NCBI GenBank assembly: GCA_951406725.2
Contig: OX597836.1
Location: forward strand, 15,934,001 to 15,998,000
Length of the DNA stretch: 64,000 nt
Origin: Octopus vulgaris
Taxonomy: Eukaryota
Direction of reading: 5' to 3'
Numbering within the stretch: the stretch's first letter is position 1; the number at the start of each line of letters is the position of its first letter. The translations under genes and the position numbers were made by a program. The notes below the pieces were generated by a model. That model had not been told where the DNA came from and made no database searches. It saw only the letters and a program-made list of their open reading frames with translations. Below, one piece after another: positions 1 to 14,156 of the stretch.

Positions 1-38
1 TTGAAAAATTTTTTCTTTTGCCCTTGTTTATATATACC

Positions 39-235
39 ATCATCATCATCATCATCATCATCGTTTAACGTCCGTTCTCCATGCTAGCATGGGTTGGACA
101 GTTTGACCGGGGATCTGGGAAGCCAGAAGGCTGCACCAGGCTCCAGTCTTATCTGGCAATGTTTCTACAGCTGGATGCCCTTCCTAATGCCAACCACTCC
201 GTGAGTGTAGTGGGTGCTTTTTACGTGCCACCCGC
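39..235 (-). mobile_element. RTE-LINE 3'UTR copy (5'-truncated) with (GAT)n tail
   Basis: Reverse complement of the GTGGCACGTAAAAAGCACCCACTACACTCACGGAGTGGTTGGCRTTAGGAAGGGCATCCAG...AACCCATGCTAGCATGG...GTTAAACGATGATGAT unit that directly follows RTE ORF2 C-termini at 26405, 48865 and 60474. Further copies at ~8236-8335(+), 9848-10030(-), 27500-27900(-), 28595-28818(+), 31418-31625(-), 52382-52660(+). Confidence 0.75.
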
Positions 236-633
236 ACATATATATATATATATATATGTATATGCACACATACACAGACTCATATAGATAGATGTATAGA
301 TATAGAAAAAATGCATTGCGGTGATGTATAGAAAAACTGACTGACAGACAGACAGACAGACAGACAAACTGACAGACTGGCAAGATGGAGAGTCAAAGTG
401 ACACAGACAGGTGGTCAGTGAATGTGTTGGAACTGCCAGCAGCCATTTAGCTGCATGTCAACACCATCACTATGACCACTGTCAGTACCACCTCCCCCGC
501 AATCAATAACACCACTGCCGCAGCCGCCACCACCACCACCACCACCACCTATGTTAAGTGGATTAACAGATTAACACACTCAAGAAACCAGATTTAGTTA
601 CACTGAAAAAGCAAGCAAGAAAGAAAGAAAGAA

Positions 634-1572
634 ATGAGGTGGTTGAACATCTTTTCATTCAGCCAGTCATATTCATTCACTGAAAAACTCCTTCGTTTGT
701 TCATTCTCTCACGTTCCCTCTTTCATTTAATCTTTTCTTTTTCACTTACTCTCATACTCATTATTTCATTCATCTCATTCAGCCATTTATTCTCTCATTT
801 ACTCATTCGCTTTTCTTTCATTCACTTAATTGGTCTCTCATTCATTCACTTATTCTTGTTATTTCATTCATCATTCACACAATCTCTCATTTATTCAGTC
901 TTTCATTCATTCACTGAAATACTCCTTCGTTTGTTCATTCTCTCACGTTCCCTCTTTCATTTAATCTTTTCTTTTTCACTTACTCATACTCATTATTTCA
1001 TTCATCTCATTCACCCATTTATTCTCTCATTTACTCATTCACTTTTCTTTCATTCATTTAATTGGTCTCTCATTCATTCACTTATTCTTGTTATTTCATT
1101 CATCCTCCACACGCATTCACCATTCACACAATCTCTCATTTATTCAGTCTTTCATTCATTCACTCATTCTCATTCACCATTTGGTAATTCATTCAGTCTC
1201 TCATTACTTTATCTTCTATTCACTCACTCTTTCATATTCATTCACTCATATTCACCCATCATCCACCTGTTTATTCAATTTCTCATTTACTCTGTTCTTC
1301 ATTCGCTCAATCTTTCATTCATTCACTCATACTCATTCAGCATCATTTCATTCATATGTTCTCTCATTCCCTTAGCTCCTCATTCATTCAATTCTCAATC
1401 ACATACACCCAGTCTCTCATTCACTCACTCATTCACTCATTCATTCGTTCTCTTACACTCTCATTTATTCATATGTATCCATCTTGTCCTCTCATCATTC
1501 AATCAGTCATTCGTTTATTCACATACATCAATTCTCATTCATTCACATTCTCTTTCAATCATTCAGCTTTAA
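634..1572. repeat. Degenerate (TCAT)n/(TCAC)n low-complexity tract with an internal ~235-bp duplication
   Basis: CATTCACTGAAA.ACTCCTTCGTTTGTTCATTCTCTCACGTTCCCTCTTTC occurs at ~674 and again at ~908. The 312-aa ORF is H/S/F/I/L low-complexity. Confidence 0.85.
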
Positions 1573-1789
1573 GGTGATCCCCCACCCCACCCCAACAAAT
1601 GTCAAATACCTGTCATCAGGGCACCAGGATATGGTGGGGTGCAGAACTGTCTAGGCAGCATTACAGGTCCCTGGTCAAACCAAACCAACAAACCCTTAGT
1701 ATTTATTATACATACTTTAATTAGAACCAAACCCCTCAACTTGTGAAGTGTCCGAGCAACAATACAATAAGCCCTAAAGTATTTATTTG

Positions 1790-1980
1790 TGAAGGCACAT
1801 GGCTCAGTGGTTAGAGCGTTGAGCTCACAATCATGAGGTAGTGAGTTTGATTCCTGGATCAGGCAGTGTGTTGTGTTCTTGAGCAAGACACTTTATTTCA
1901 CGTTGCTCCAGTTCACTCATCTGTAGAAATAAGTTGTGGGATCACTGGTGCCAACTTGTATCAGCATTTGCCTTTCATGT
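1790..1980 (+). mobile_element. tRNA-derived SINE, family E (second copy ~4682-5025)
   Basis: Pol III A box TGGCTCAGTGG and B-box-like GAGTTTGATTCC, followed by GTGTTCTTGAGCAAGACACTT (CORE/V-like motif). Homologous copy at ~4682. Confidence 0.7.
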
Positions 1981-2639
1981 GCCACCAGCGCATGGGTATT
2001 TTTTTATTTGTCTTTACTTTTCAATGCCTTGATAAGAACCCTCAGCCAAAAAAGGTTCACCCAAAACAAAACAAAAAAAAACCCAACAAAAGACCCCTTT
2101 CGGAATGGCTTGTTAATCCTGGTCATCTCACCCACCTACGCACACACAGAGTTATGATCAGTATAAGGTGATGGACATAAGGTCATTTTAAATGCTACAA
2201 AGGTTAGCCAAATAAACAATGTAGCAATATTGATTGCATTGACGCACTGTGTAGCCATTGCTTAAACAGACTCAGCAAGTTGGTGTTTACCGGACAGACA
2301 GACATTGCATATCAGACACTCATTTATATATATATATATACATACATAAATATGCAAACTCAATCAAAATATATCCTCTCCTTTATTTAACTCCATGCAA
2401 TTATGGTAGGCCCTGTAATAACATATTCCAGCGGTGGTTTTACGCAAGTTCTGGCTGGTTCCGCAACAGCCTAGAACAGCAATTATTCCAGTATATGTCT
2501 GTCCATTAACATTATCATACGAGATTGATAGAGAAAAAAAGAAACATGAAATAAAATATTAAAATATTTTTCATATCGACTGGAAAATTCAATCAAAAAC
2601 ATTAAATGTCTTATTTTTTTAATAAATTTTTATATTTAT

Positions 2640-2915
<276 letters not shown>

Positions 2916-3310
2916 ATATTTCTTTCTTCATATCTTTTGATTTCCTACGTTTGGTCATTCTATGCAAACCCATGTTAATGTTGGCAATTTAATTAAGTCT
3001 CGGCAGTCGATCCTCGTTAGATGTTAGCCATGCAGTCCATTAGTCTGGCTAATAAGCAATATTTAAGCAGTGATAAAGAAAATTGACTTTCTAATCGTAA
3101 TAATACAGTGGAGTTGGGAGTTGTTGGGTTGTTCTTTCTGAATTTTTCTGTAATGCCTTCATCAAACTCAATTATTTTGGTTGGTTTAAAGGACCAGGAA
3201 GGGGGTGTTGGAGGAGGGGAAGAGTGTTGGTCTGCAGTAAATTAATAGTCCTTACAAATTTCTTGCAAGCCTTGGAAAATATCATTGCTGTGTGTGTGTG
3301 TTTGTGTAGG

Positions 3311-3466
3311 TAGGCACTGGTGTGACTATGTGGTAAAAAGCTTGCTTCCCAACCACATGGTTCTGGGTTCAGTCCCACTGCATGGCACCTTGGGCAAGTG
3401 TCTTGCTTCGGGTCGATCAAAGCCTTGTGAGTGGATTTGGTTGATGGAAACTGAAAGAATCCCATC

Positions 3467-3501
<35 letters not shown>

Positions 3502-4160
3502 TGTATGTATGAATGTATGTATGTATGTATGTATTTATGTGTTTGTGTCTGTTTGGCAACTGATGCTGTCATGTTTATGTCTATAACTTAGCAGTTCAGT
3601 AAAAAAGACAGATAAAATCAGTACAAGGCTAACAAAGAATAAGCCCTGGAGTTGATGCTTTCGACTAAAACCCTTTAAAGTGGTGCTCCAGCATGGCTAC
3701 AGTCAAAAGACTGAAACAAGTAAAAGAGTAAAAGAATAAAAAATATTGTGTATGTACGTCTGTATGTATGTATGTATGTATGTATGTATGTATGTATGTA
3801 TGTATGTATGTATGTATGTATGTATGTATGTGTGTATGTATGTATGTATGTATGTATGTGTGTATGTATGTATGTATGTATGTATGTATGTATGTATGTA
3901 TGTATGTATGTATGTGTGTATGTATGTATGTATGTATGTATGTATGTATGTATGTATGTGTGTATGTGTGTATGTATGTATGTATGCATGCATGTATGTA
4001 TGTATGTATGTATGTATGTATGTATGTATTTATTTATGTGTTTGTGTCTGTGTTTGGCAACCGATGCTGGTGTGTTTATGTCTCTATAACTTAGCAGTTC
4101 AGTAAAAATGACAGATAAAATCAGTACAAGGATTACTAAGAATAAGTCCTGGGGTCGACA
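3311..4160 (+). mobile_element. tRNA-derived SINE, family A, with internal (TATG)n and a duplicated 3' half
   Basis: Head TGTGGTAA.AAGCTTGCTTCCCAACCACATGGTTCTGGGTTCAGTCCCACT, then CCTTGGGCAAGT, an internal microsatellite and a tail ...GACTGAAACAAGTAAAAGAG. The 3' half is repeated at ~4030-4160. Confidence 0.85.
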
Positions 4161-5057
4161 TACATGCATGTGTGTTTGTGGGTGGGTTTGGACACCCATA
4201 TTCTGTACACATATTTGAGAGAGTTTGACTGTGAACTCACCGGATCTTTACCGAGATATACTCAGGACGAACCACTACGAATGACCGCTTGCATCTATTA
4301 TCCATGCCATTAAAGCACGGACTTTCAGGATATCTACCAATCTCTGAAAAATTACTATGATCTCTCATTTTCCAGATTTTCCAGTTTTTCAGCTTAATAT
4401 ATGTATTTTTATACTCGCGTCTATAGAACTATTTTATAAATGCTCCGACGCCATTAACAACTGTCTGTCCAGCTTTTATTTTATTAGGCTTCCATTAGCT
4501 GGTCTGATACGTTGACTAAAGCCAGCTCTAGTTTGCCTGAACTTCGTCTTCATTTGTTCACTGTTGGATTATAGGTATCTGGTCTGCTCTGAGCACTAAT
4601 TGACTGTATCTATTGTATATCACATTTTTAATGTATTCTTATCCATTACATATATATGCGTGTGTGTGTGTGTGTGTGTGTGAAAGCATATGGTGCAGTG
4701 TTAAGAGAGTTAGGTTTACGATTGTGAAGTTGTGAGTTCGATTCCTGGACTGGGTGGTGTTGTGTTCTTTATTTCACATTGCACCAGTTCACTCAGTTGT
4801 AGAAATAAGTCACGACATCACTGGTGCCTAGCCGTATCAGTCTTTGCCTTTCCCTTGGACAACATTGTTGGCATGGAGTGGAGAGACTGGTACATATGGG
4901 TGACTGCTGGTCTTCCACAAACAATCTTGCCCAGACCACCTGTACCTCAGAGGTATCTGTACCTCAGAGATACCTGTACCTCAGAGGGTAATCCCACGGT
5001 CATTTGTGACTGAAGGAGGTCTTTACACTTCCCCTTATATATGTGTGTGTGTGTGTA

Positions 5058-5093
<36 letters not shown>

Positions 5094-5246
5094 TGTGTGT
5101 GTTTGTGTATATTATCTATATCTATATATGTATGTATATATGTATGTATGTATATATATATATACTCTTTTGCTTCTGCTAAATATTAATAAAAATACAT
5201 ACATATATTCACATTTAGAGTTCTATTTTTCCTGTTTGCATCAACA

Positions 5247-5280
<34 letters not shown>

Positions 5281-5329
5281 CATACATACATACATATATA
5301 CATACCCATGTTGATTCACTAGCCTCTAC

Positions 5330-5513
5330 ATGCATTTTTTTTTCTCTCCTTGTTTCTTTCTGTGTTTCTTTTCTGTGTATCTTTCTGTTGAAGAGCGTAG
5401 GCTCGAAACGTAAAAGACTTGTTTTATTTCTATTCCTGAGCGCCATACTAATACAATTGTTTGTTTGTATTCCACCTGCCTTCGTCTTTTGATTATTTTC
5501 ATAAAGCTTCCCG

Positions 5514-5515
<2 letters not shown>
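5330..5515 (+). mobile_element. ~200-bp dispersed element carrying a minimal hammerhead-like motif (Penelope pLTR-like)
   Basis: Homologous copies at ~20062-20240(-), ~25205-25315(+) and ~60295-60470(+), plus a 3' fragment at ~9765-9836. Most end in (TA)n. Confidence 0.65.
5380..5417 (+). ncRNA. Minimal type I hammerhead ribozyme-like motif, variant core CUGUUGA
   Basis: TCTTT-CTGTTGA-A-GAGC gtag GCTC-GAAAC-GTA-AAAGA: 5-bp stem I, 4-bp stem II, palindromic ACGT stem III and a GUA cleavage triplet. Confidence 0.55.
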
Positions 5516-5576
<61 letters not shown>

Positions 5577-6091
5577 TGTGTGTGTGTGTGTATGTATATA
5601 TATTTTTGTATGGATCACAACTGCCTGATGAAGAGGAAGGTGAAACTCTGAATAGTAATTTTTGTGATATTTCTGCAGCTTTGATAATAAAGTACACACA
5701 TACACACACACACACACACATCTTCGTAAGCATGAGCATAGATCTCGACATGATCGTCAAAGACTCACGAGTGAATCTTTAGAACAAAATAAAAATGGAA
5801 AACAAAAATATTAAAAAAAAAAACATAATCAGAACATCCAAAACTCACAGATTCCGGTGAACAGAAACTGGGGGAAAATATATTTAAAAATGATGTCAGG
5901 ATTAATAAAAAACTATTTATGGCCTCTCTATAAACTTTCTCTGTCTTTTGATATTGTGTATGATGACCTTTCCCTGATTTATAGGCTGCCTGCAAATAAT
6001 TTGTCAATGGACTGCCATATTTTTCATGTTTGTTTTAGTTGTAGTTGATCTTCGGCTTGTTGTTGTATACACGTCTCATACTCATATGTGT

Positions 6092-6128
<37 letters not shown>

Positions 6129-6269
6129 CAGATACATATATAGATATGAGACATGCTATGTCCATTTTCTCTTCTTGATTCCACACACACCTATATGTGT
6201 GTGTTTGTGTATGTGTGTGTGTGTGTTTGTGTGAGTGTGTGTGTTTGTGTGTGTGTGTGTTTGTGTTTG

Positions 6270-6322
<53 letters not shown>

Positions 6323-6373
6323 ATCTATCTATCTATATATATATACACATTGTACACATACACACATGTATAT

Positions 6374-6580
6374 GCACAGGAGTGGCTGTATGGTAAGTAG
6401 CTAGGTGCAGGTGTGGCTGTGTGGTAAGTAGCTTGCTTACCGACCAAATGGAACTGGGTTCAGTCCCACTGTGTGGCACCTTCGGCAAGTGTCTTCTACT
6501 ATAGCCTCAGGCCGACCAAAGCCTTGTGATTGGATTTGGTTGACAGAAACTGAAGGAAGCCCATCATATCTATCTATCAA

Positions 6581-6655
<75 letters not shown>

Positions 6656-6880
6656 GTATGTTTGTGTGTTTGTGTTTGTCCCCCCCAACATTTCTTGACA
6701 ACTGATACTGGTGTGTTTATGTCCCTGTCACTTAGCAGTTCGGCAAAAGAGGCCGATAGAATAAGTACTGGGCTTACAAAGAATAAGTCCTGGGGTCGAT
6801 GTGCTCGACTAAAGGCGGTGCTCCAGCTGGCCACAGTCACATGACTGAAACAAATAAAAGAATAAAAGAATATAAAGAAT
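6374..6880 (+). mobile_element. SINE family A, full length with duplicated 5' tip
   Basis: Same head, body and tail as other family A copies, with an internal (CT)n(TA)n(TG)n tract. Further copies: 13419-13580(+), 13681-14097(+), 17703-18143(+), 20470-20640(+), 34165-34333(-), 35855-36300(-), 36610-36772(-), 41385-41792(-), 41797-42130(-), 47800-48240(+), 50113-50815(+, duplicated), 53158-53315(-). Confidence 0.9.
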
Positions 6881-7347
6881 ATACCGGAGTAAACACTGCT
6901 GCTTTAAATAAAGTATATATATATATATATATGAAGGTGTTGTGTGTGTGGGAGGTATGTTTGTGTTCATGTGCAAGTGAGTGTATGTGTGCGTGTATAT
7001 GTGTGTGTGCATGCGTGTTGACACAATAATGCAAAATACACTAAATCTCTTGTAATATACATACACAAGCAAAACACACACACATATATATATACACACA
7101 CATAAATGTATGGATGCTGCATACAAATACAGGCACACCTAGATGTCTACACATCGTTGTATGGAAATGGTAATGATTCTTGTCTCCTACCACATTCCTT
7201 CCTTGTTCCAAGAAAGCTATAATCCTGATTACTTCAGCATTGTTCACACCCCTACACACACACACACACAACATGCAAATACACACACACACACACACAT
7301 GTGCGTCTGCATAAGTGCGTGTGTGTAAATGTGTGTGCATGCATTTT

Positions 7348-7403
<56 letters not shown>

Positions 7404-7419
7404 CGTATATGTATATACA

Positions 7420-7489
<70 letters not shown>

Positions 7490-7655
7490 CACACTCACAT
7501 TGAGCAACAGAGAGAGAGAAAGAGAGGATGCGAGAGAGAATAGAGAGATAGATATAGATTTATGCATACATATATATGTGTGTATGTATATGTGTGCTTT
7601 AATATAAGCATACATATTCACACACACACACACACACACACACGTTTATATACAT

Positions 7656-7726
<71 letters not shown>

Positions 7727-7789
7727 AAAAAATATATACAAGTATCTACAGGTGTGACTGCATGTATTCACAAATACATACACACAAAG

Positions 7790-7843
<54 letters not shown>

Positions 7844-8332
7844 TCACAGACACACTCACACAACCCACACCCCTACATGCACACACTACAAAAACGGTTC
7901 CTCTGTCGATTCCAACAACGAAAACTCCTTAATTTGTTATAACCAATAAATGGGCGAGTATTCCATAGATACTTGTATTCGCAAAACATAATCCCCAGAC
8001 AATAACAACATCACTGGGGTATGATAAGCCTGACATTTTCGAAGCACAGGAATCATTCATACATCGGGTTTCTGCACAGTTTCCTTTCACACACAAGACA
8101 TTGGTTCGGTTGGCCTGAGGTGATGATTGAAGTTACATACCCAGGCTACCATTGAGTGGGATTGAACCTGAGACCACTCAATTATAAAGTGAACTTCTTG
8201 AAGCTTTGACAATGTCAAGTTAAGCCGTATATGTTAAGTCAGATTGGAACTTGGTGCAGTTCTCCAGCTTACGAGTTCCAGTCAAACCGTTTAACCTCTG
8301 CCAGCATGGAAAGCAGATGTTAAATGATGATG

Positions 8333-8376
<44 letters not shown>

Positions 8377-8550
8377 CCAAAAATAAGCAACAAGAATGGA
8401 TCCGGTAATTTAGTACAAATTACCGGATCAATTCTTGTTACTTATTTTTTGGTTATAATCACCCCACATAATTTTATGGGTAATACCATAAAAAATTCTG
8501 GTGCATCTAAGTTAAGTACCATATTCACTTGAATCTAAATTGTTTTGGTG

Positions 8551-8586
<36 letters not shown>

Positions 8587-8698
8587 AAAAAATACAAACA
8601 TTTAGAAGACGATACAAAAAACACGGACGGGACATTCGAAGCCTTCAATCTTCAGTCAAGAACCGGATCATCCTCGCAATTTTGGCTGATTAATCTTG

Positions 8699-8745
<47 letters not shown>

Positions 8746-8924
8746 TACATACGTACATACATTCACATACATACACACAAACAGATATATATATATGTAC
8801 TCAAATACATACCTATATATACGCACATATACACATGCACACCCTTGCATTAGTAATAAACCTCATGTATTTTTTATTGAATCAAATATTGATGAAGACA
8901 AGGAAAAGGTATAGGGGAATGTTA

Positions 8925-9073
8925 TTGGTGGTGGTGGTGGTGGTGATAGTGATGGTGGTGGTAGTGGTGGTGGTAGTGGTGGTGGTAGTGGTGGTGGTGG
9001 TGGTGGTGGTAGTGGTGGTGGTGGTAGTGGTGGTGGTGGTGGTAGTGGTGATGCTGATGACGATCTTGCTGCT

Positions 9074-9104
<31 letters not shown>

Positions 9105-10126
9105 ATGGTAACAACAGTAATGGTGATGGGTGTGATGGAAATGATGATGATGATCATGATGATGGAGTAGGGGTGGCGGTGGTGACGATTGTGACAATGG
9201 TGGTGGTGGTGATGGGGAAGAATTCTGATTAATGATTATCTAGATCCAACCATGAGTCATATGGTTTAAAGCTAAACTGGAGTGTTATATGGTGGTGGCG
9301 GTGGTGGCGGTGGTGGGGGCCGGGTGGTGGTGGATAGTGATGATGGCAGTGGTGGTGGCAGTGGGGGCAATAGTGGTGATGATGGAGGTGGTGGTGGTAT
9401 GGTGGATAGTGGTGGTGGTGGCAGTGGTGATGGTGGTGGTGGTGGCAGTGGTGGTGGTGGCAGTGGTTGCGGTAGCAGTGATGGTGGTAGTGGTGGCAGT
9501 GGTTGTGATAGCAGTGGTGGCAGTGGTTGTGGTAACAGTGGTGGTGGTGGTGGTGATGGCAGTGTTTGTGGTAGCAGTGGTGGCAGAAGTGGTGGCAGAA
9601 GTGGTGGTGGTGGTGGTGGTGGTGGTGGTGGTGGTGGTGGTGGTGGTGGTGGTGGTGGTGGTGATGATGGTATGCACCAGAGGAGTGGTGTTCCTAGAGA
9701 TGGCAACAATAATAGAGAACAGAGGTCACATACACACACACACACACACATGTATTTTTCCCAAGCATTAAACTAATACACCTGTTTGTTGTTTCTACAC
9801 CTGTCTTCATCTTTTGTTTTCTGTAAATTTGAACTATATATATATATATCATCATCGTCATCATCATCACCATTTAACATCTGCCTTCCATACTGGCATG
9901 GGTTGGATGGTTTGACAGGAGTTTGCCCAGTAGAAGACTACACCAGGCTACTGTGTCTGTTTTGGCATAGATTTTCTGGCTGGATGCCCTTCCTAACAGC
10001 AGCCACCCCGCGGAGTGGACTGAGTTCTTCTTACGGGGTGGGGGGCACCATCTCCGGCAGGGTCACCAAGTAACAATGTACATACCTTGTGTATGTGTGT
10101 TGTTCGATTTTTGATTCTGATATATA

Positions 10127-10189
<63 letters not shown>

Positions 10190-10268
10190 GTGATGATGGT
10201 GGTGGTGGTGGTGGTGGTGGTGGTGGTGGTGGTGATGGTGATGATGATGATGATGGTGATGGTGATGG

Positions 10269-10305
<37 letters not shown>

Positions 10306-10610
10306 AATGATAATGTTGGTGATGATGATGACAATGATGATGATGGCCTTGGTGGAGGTGGTGTTGGTATTGGTGATGATGATAGTGGTTAATGATGATG
10401 ATGATGATGATGATGATAAGGATAATGATAATGATGGTCATGATGATGACGATGATGATGATGCCGTTGGTGGAGGTGGTGTTGGTGTTGGTGGTGGTGG
10501 TGATGATAGCGGTTAATAATGATGATGATAAGGATGATGATGAGGAGGATGACGACGATGACGACGACGATGATGATGATGATGATGATGATGATGAAGA
10601 GGAGGAGGAT
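8925..10610. repeat. Compound (GGT)n/(GAT)n trinucleotide tracts (8925-9210, 9290-9670, 10127-10610)
   Basis: Direct inspection. These explain the poly-G/V/D/M/H/P ORFs. Confidence 0.95.
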
Positions 10611-10789
10611 GCAGGGTACAGGCATTGCTGTGTGGTTAAGAAGGTCCACTTTTGAACCATGTGGGTTAAGAATCGAACCTCACTGTGTGGATGCTTTCAC
10701 TTGGTGGTAGTGGGGGGGGGGGGGTACTTCACAATAGTTGTGGGTTGACCAATACCTTGAGATTGAAACTGGTTAGTGGAAACTGAAAG

Positions 10790-12015
10790 AAGCCTGGCAT
10801 AAGACCAACCCATGCCAGTGAAACTGAGCTCTAGAAGTGCTGTGTGTTCCACCCACACATAACAATAAAACTTTTCACACACCCTACCCCAACAGACCAA
10901 ACTACAGCTCTTCTCCCAAACTGCATCTCTTCTCCCAAACTGCATCTCTTCTTTTCCTTAGATTTCCCCTTTTATGCACCATGGTTGTTATCTTTCACTC
11001 CCCAATTCTGTCCTCACTGCAATGCCCACTGTATCAGCCCCTGTCAAACCAGCCAATACTCCTTCCACTCAAAGGATCTTTCTTGCAAGTTCACTTGGTG
11101 ACCATGTTGGTGCTGTAAAAACTGTGCCAAATCAGACCTCACCAGTGCTGGAGCCACACAAAAAGCACCCAATCCACATTGTAAAGTGGTTGGCATTTGG
11201 TAGGGCATCCAGCTATAAAAACCATGTCAAAGCAAACCTCACTGGTGCTGGTGCCTTGTAAAAAGCATGCAGTCCACACTGTAAAGTGGATGGCATTTGG
11301 AAGGGCATCCAGCTGTAAAAATCATGTCAGAGTAGACCTCACTGGTGCTTGTGCTGGTGCCATGTAAAAAGTGGTTGGCATTTGGAAGGGCATCCAGCTG
11401 TAAAAATCATGTCAGAGTAGACCTCACTGGTGCTTGTGCTGGTGCCATGTAAAAAGTGGTTGGCATTTGGAAGGGCATCCAGGTGTAAAAACCATGTCAA
11501 AGCAGACCTCACTGTTGCTGGTGCCATGTAAAAAGCACCCAGTCCACTCTGTAAAGTGGTTGGCATTTGGAAGGGCATCCAGCTGTAAAAACCATGTCAA
11601 AGCAGACCTCACTGTTGCTGGTGCCATCTAAAAAGCACCCAGTCCACTCTGTAAAGTGGTTGGCATTTGGAAGGGCATCCAGGTGTAAAAACCATGTCAA
11701 AGCAGACCTCACTGTTGCTGGTGCCATGTAAAAAGCACCCAGTCCACTCTGTAAAGTGGTTGGCATTTGGAAGGGCATCTAGCTGTAAAAACCATGTCAA
11801 AGCAGACCTCACTGGTGCTGGTGCCATGTAAAAAGCACCCAGTCCAAACTGTAAAGTGGTTGGCATTTAGAAGGGCATCCAGCTGTAAAAATCCTTTGGA
11901 AAACAGCACAGTGGAGCCTTGGTTCAGTCCTCTGACTTGCCAGCTCCTGTTAAACCATCCAACCCATGCCAATAAGGAAAACAGACATTAAATGATGATG
12001 ATGATGATGATGATG
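10790..12015 (+). mobile_element. RTE-LINE 3'UTR copy containing an 8-unit tandem array (100-bp and 85-bp units)
   Basis: TGGCATTT recurs at 11191, 11291, 11376, 11461, 11561, 11661, 11761 and 11861. Normal AACCCATGCC...(GAT)n end. Confidence 0.85.
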
Positions 12016-12548
12016 TATGTGAAATGTGTGTGTGTGTATGCATATACACATGCACATAATTATACATATACACACGCACACACCCATGGGTACACATCCA
12101 CATGCACACATACACACACTTCTGTATCACGTAGACATACTTCTTATACACTTAATGATTATAACTAAGTAATATCAACTCTCTTGCCTCAATTATAGAC
12201 GCACTCGGAATGCTTGAATGAGATTTTACAAAGCCATTTATTGATTGGTTTATTAAATGCTTGTCTTGCAACCTAGCTGAGAACGAGTGTACATATACAC
12301 ACACACAACCACACACTGCCATGCATATACACACACACACACACTCATGCACACACATGCATACACATGTATATATATATATATATATGTCCATGTGTTT
12401 TGTATGTGTTTGTGCATGTTTACCTCTCCCCATTCCTCTTTCTTCTACCATCACTATACATGTATAAGATATCACACAGAGCAGAATAACAGACAGACAT
12501 GCGCATACATACATGTACATGCATGTATGTGTGTGAATCTATATATAC

Positions 12549-12595
<47 letters not shown>

Positions 12596-13288
12596 TGTGT
12601 ATACTTATACATACATATATGTACATGTATGTATATATGTACATATATATATATAAATATAAATATATATATATATATGTATGTATATATATACACACAC
12701 ACATATATACATGCACACACACAGAAACATGTAAGCATTTATGTATTTTCACAGACTTTGTTTATTTTGTAGTACAAGATAAGTATATATATATATATAT
12801 ATATATCTTATTATATATATTTATATGTGTGTGTATATGTAAATGTATATACATACATATATATCAATTAAATGCATGTATATCGTATGTATGTATATAT
12901 ATATGTATGTATGTATGTATATATGTACGTGTGTATGTACGTATGTATGTATGTATGTATGTAGGCATGTGCATAAATATGTGTGTGTGGGGGGGGACAA
13001 TATTTGTTTAAGCACCAAACGGTAGAAAAATAAAGAAACGCATGACGAAAAAATAAATAAACAATATTTGTTGTTGAATCTGGGTGAAACTAACAATAGA
13101 CATGTGAAACATAACGTTGATTTCTTAGATGGGCAGAAAGCCATAAAATCTTAATGATGCTTGTATCTAATGTAATACATGTAGTATGGATATTATTTAG
13201 ATTTCTCACCATTGCTATCTCAAATGTTATTATTATTTTCGTCGCCAATGTCACCATCATCACAATCACCATCATCTTCTTCTTCTTC

Positions 13289-13370
<82 letters not shown>

Positions 13371-13573
13371 CATCATCATCATTATCATCATCATCATTAT
13401 TATTATTATTATTATTAGACGTAGGCGTGGGTGTGTGGTAAGAATCTTGCTTCTCAACAACCTGGTTGTGAGTTCAGACCCATAGCGTGGCACTTCGGGC
13501 AAGTGTCAAGTGCCTTCTACAATAAGGAAGAAAGCTTTGTGAGTGGATTTGGTTGACAGAAGCTGAAAGAAGC

Positions 13574-13680
<107 letters not shown>

Positions 13681-14095
13681 CAGGAGTGGCTGAGTGGTAA
13701 GTAGCTTGCTTACCAACCACTTGGTTCCAGGTTCAGTCCCCCTGCATGCCACCTTGGGCAAGTGTCTTCTACTATGGCATCAGGCTGACCAAAGCCTTGT
13801 GAGTGGACTTCGTAGACGGAAACTGAAAAAAGCCCATCGTATATATGTATATATATATATATATATATATGTATCTGTGTGTATATGTTTGTGTGTGTCT
13901 ATGCTTGTCCCTCCAACATTACTTGACAACCAATGCTGGTATGTTTAAATCCCTGTAATTTAGCAGTTCGGCAAAAAGGGATCGATAGAGTAAGTACTAG
14001 GCTTACAAAAAATAAGTCTTGGGGTTGATTTGCTCGACTAAAGGCGGTGCACCAGCATGGCCGCAGTCAAATGACTGAAACAAGTAAAAGAAAGA

Positions 14096-14156
<61 letters not shown>

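Noticed and set aside
634-1572. 312-aa hydrophobic ORF as a membrane protein
   Set aside because: It is a translation of a (TCAT)n-derived repeat that lacks stops by composition.
4200-4650. Possible solo LTR ending ...CCATTACA before (TA)n
   Set aside because: No definable 5' TG boundary or TSD. Left as unclassified sequence.
5620-5660. Hammerhead at CTGATGAAGAGGAAGGTGAAACTCTGAA
   Set aside because: Core words are present, but no arrangement gives stems I, II and III together.
11110-11890. CRISPR-like array (also considered for 24170-24447 and 42806-43090)
   Set aside because: Contiguous tandem units without unique spacers, in a eukaryotic context with no cas genes.
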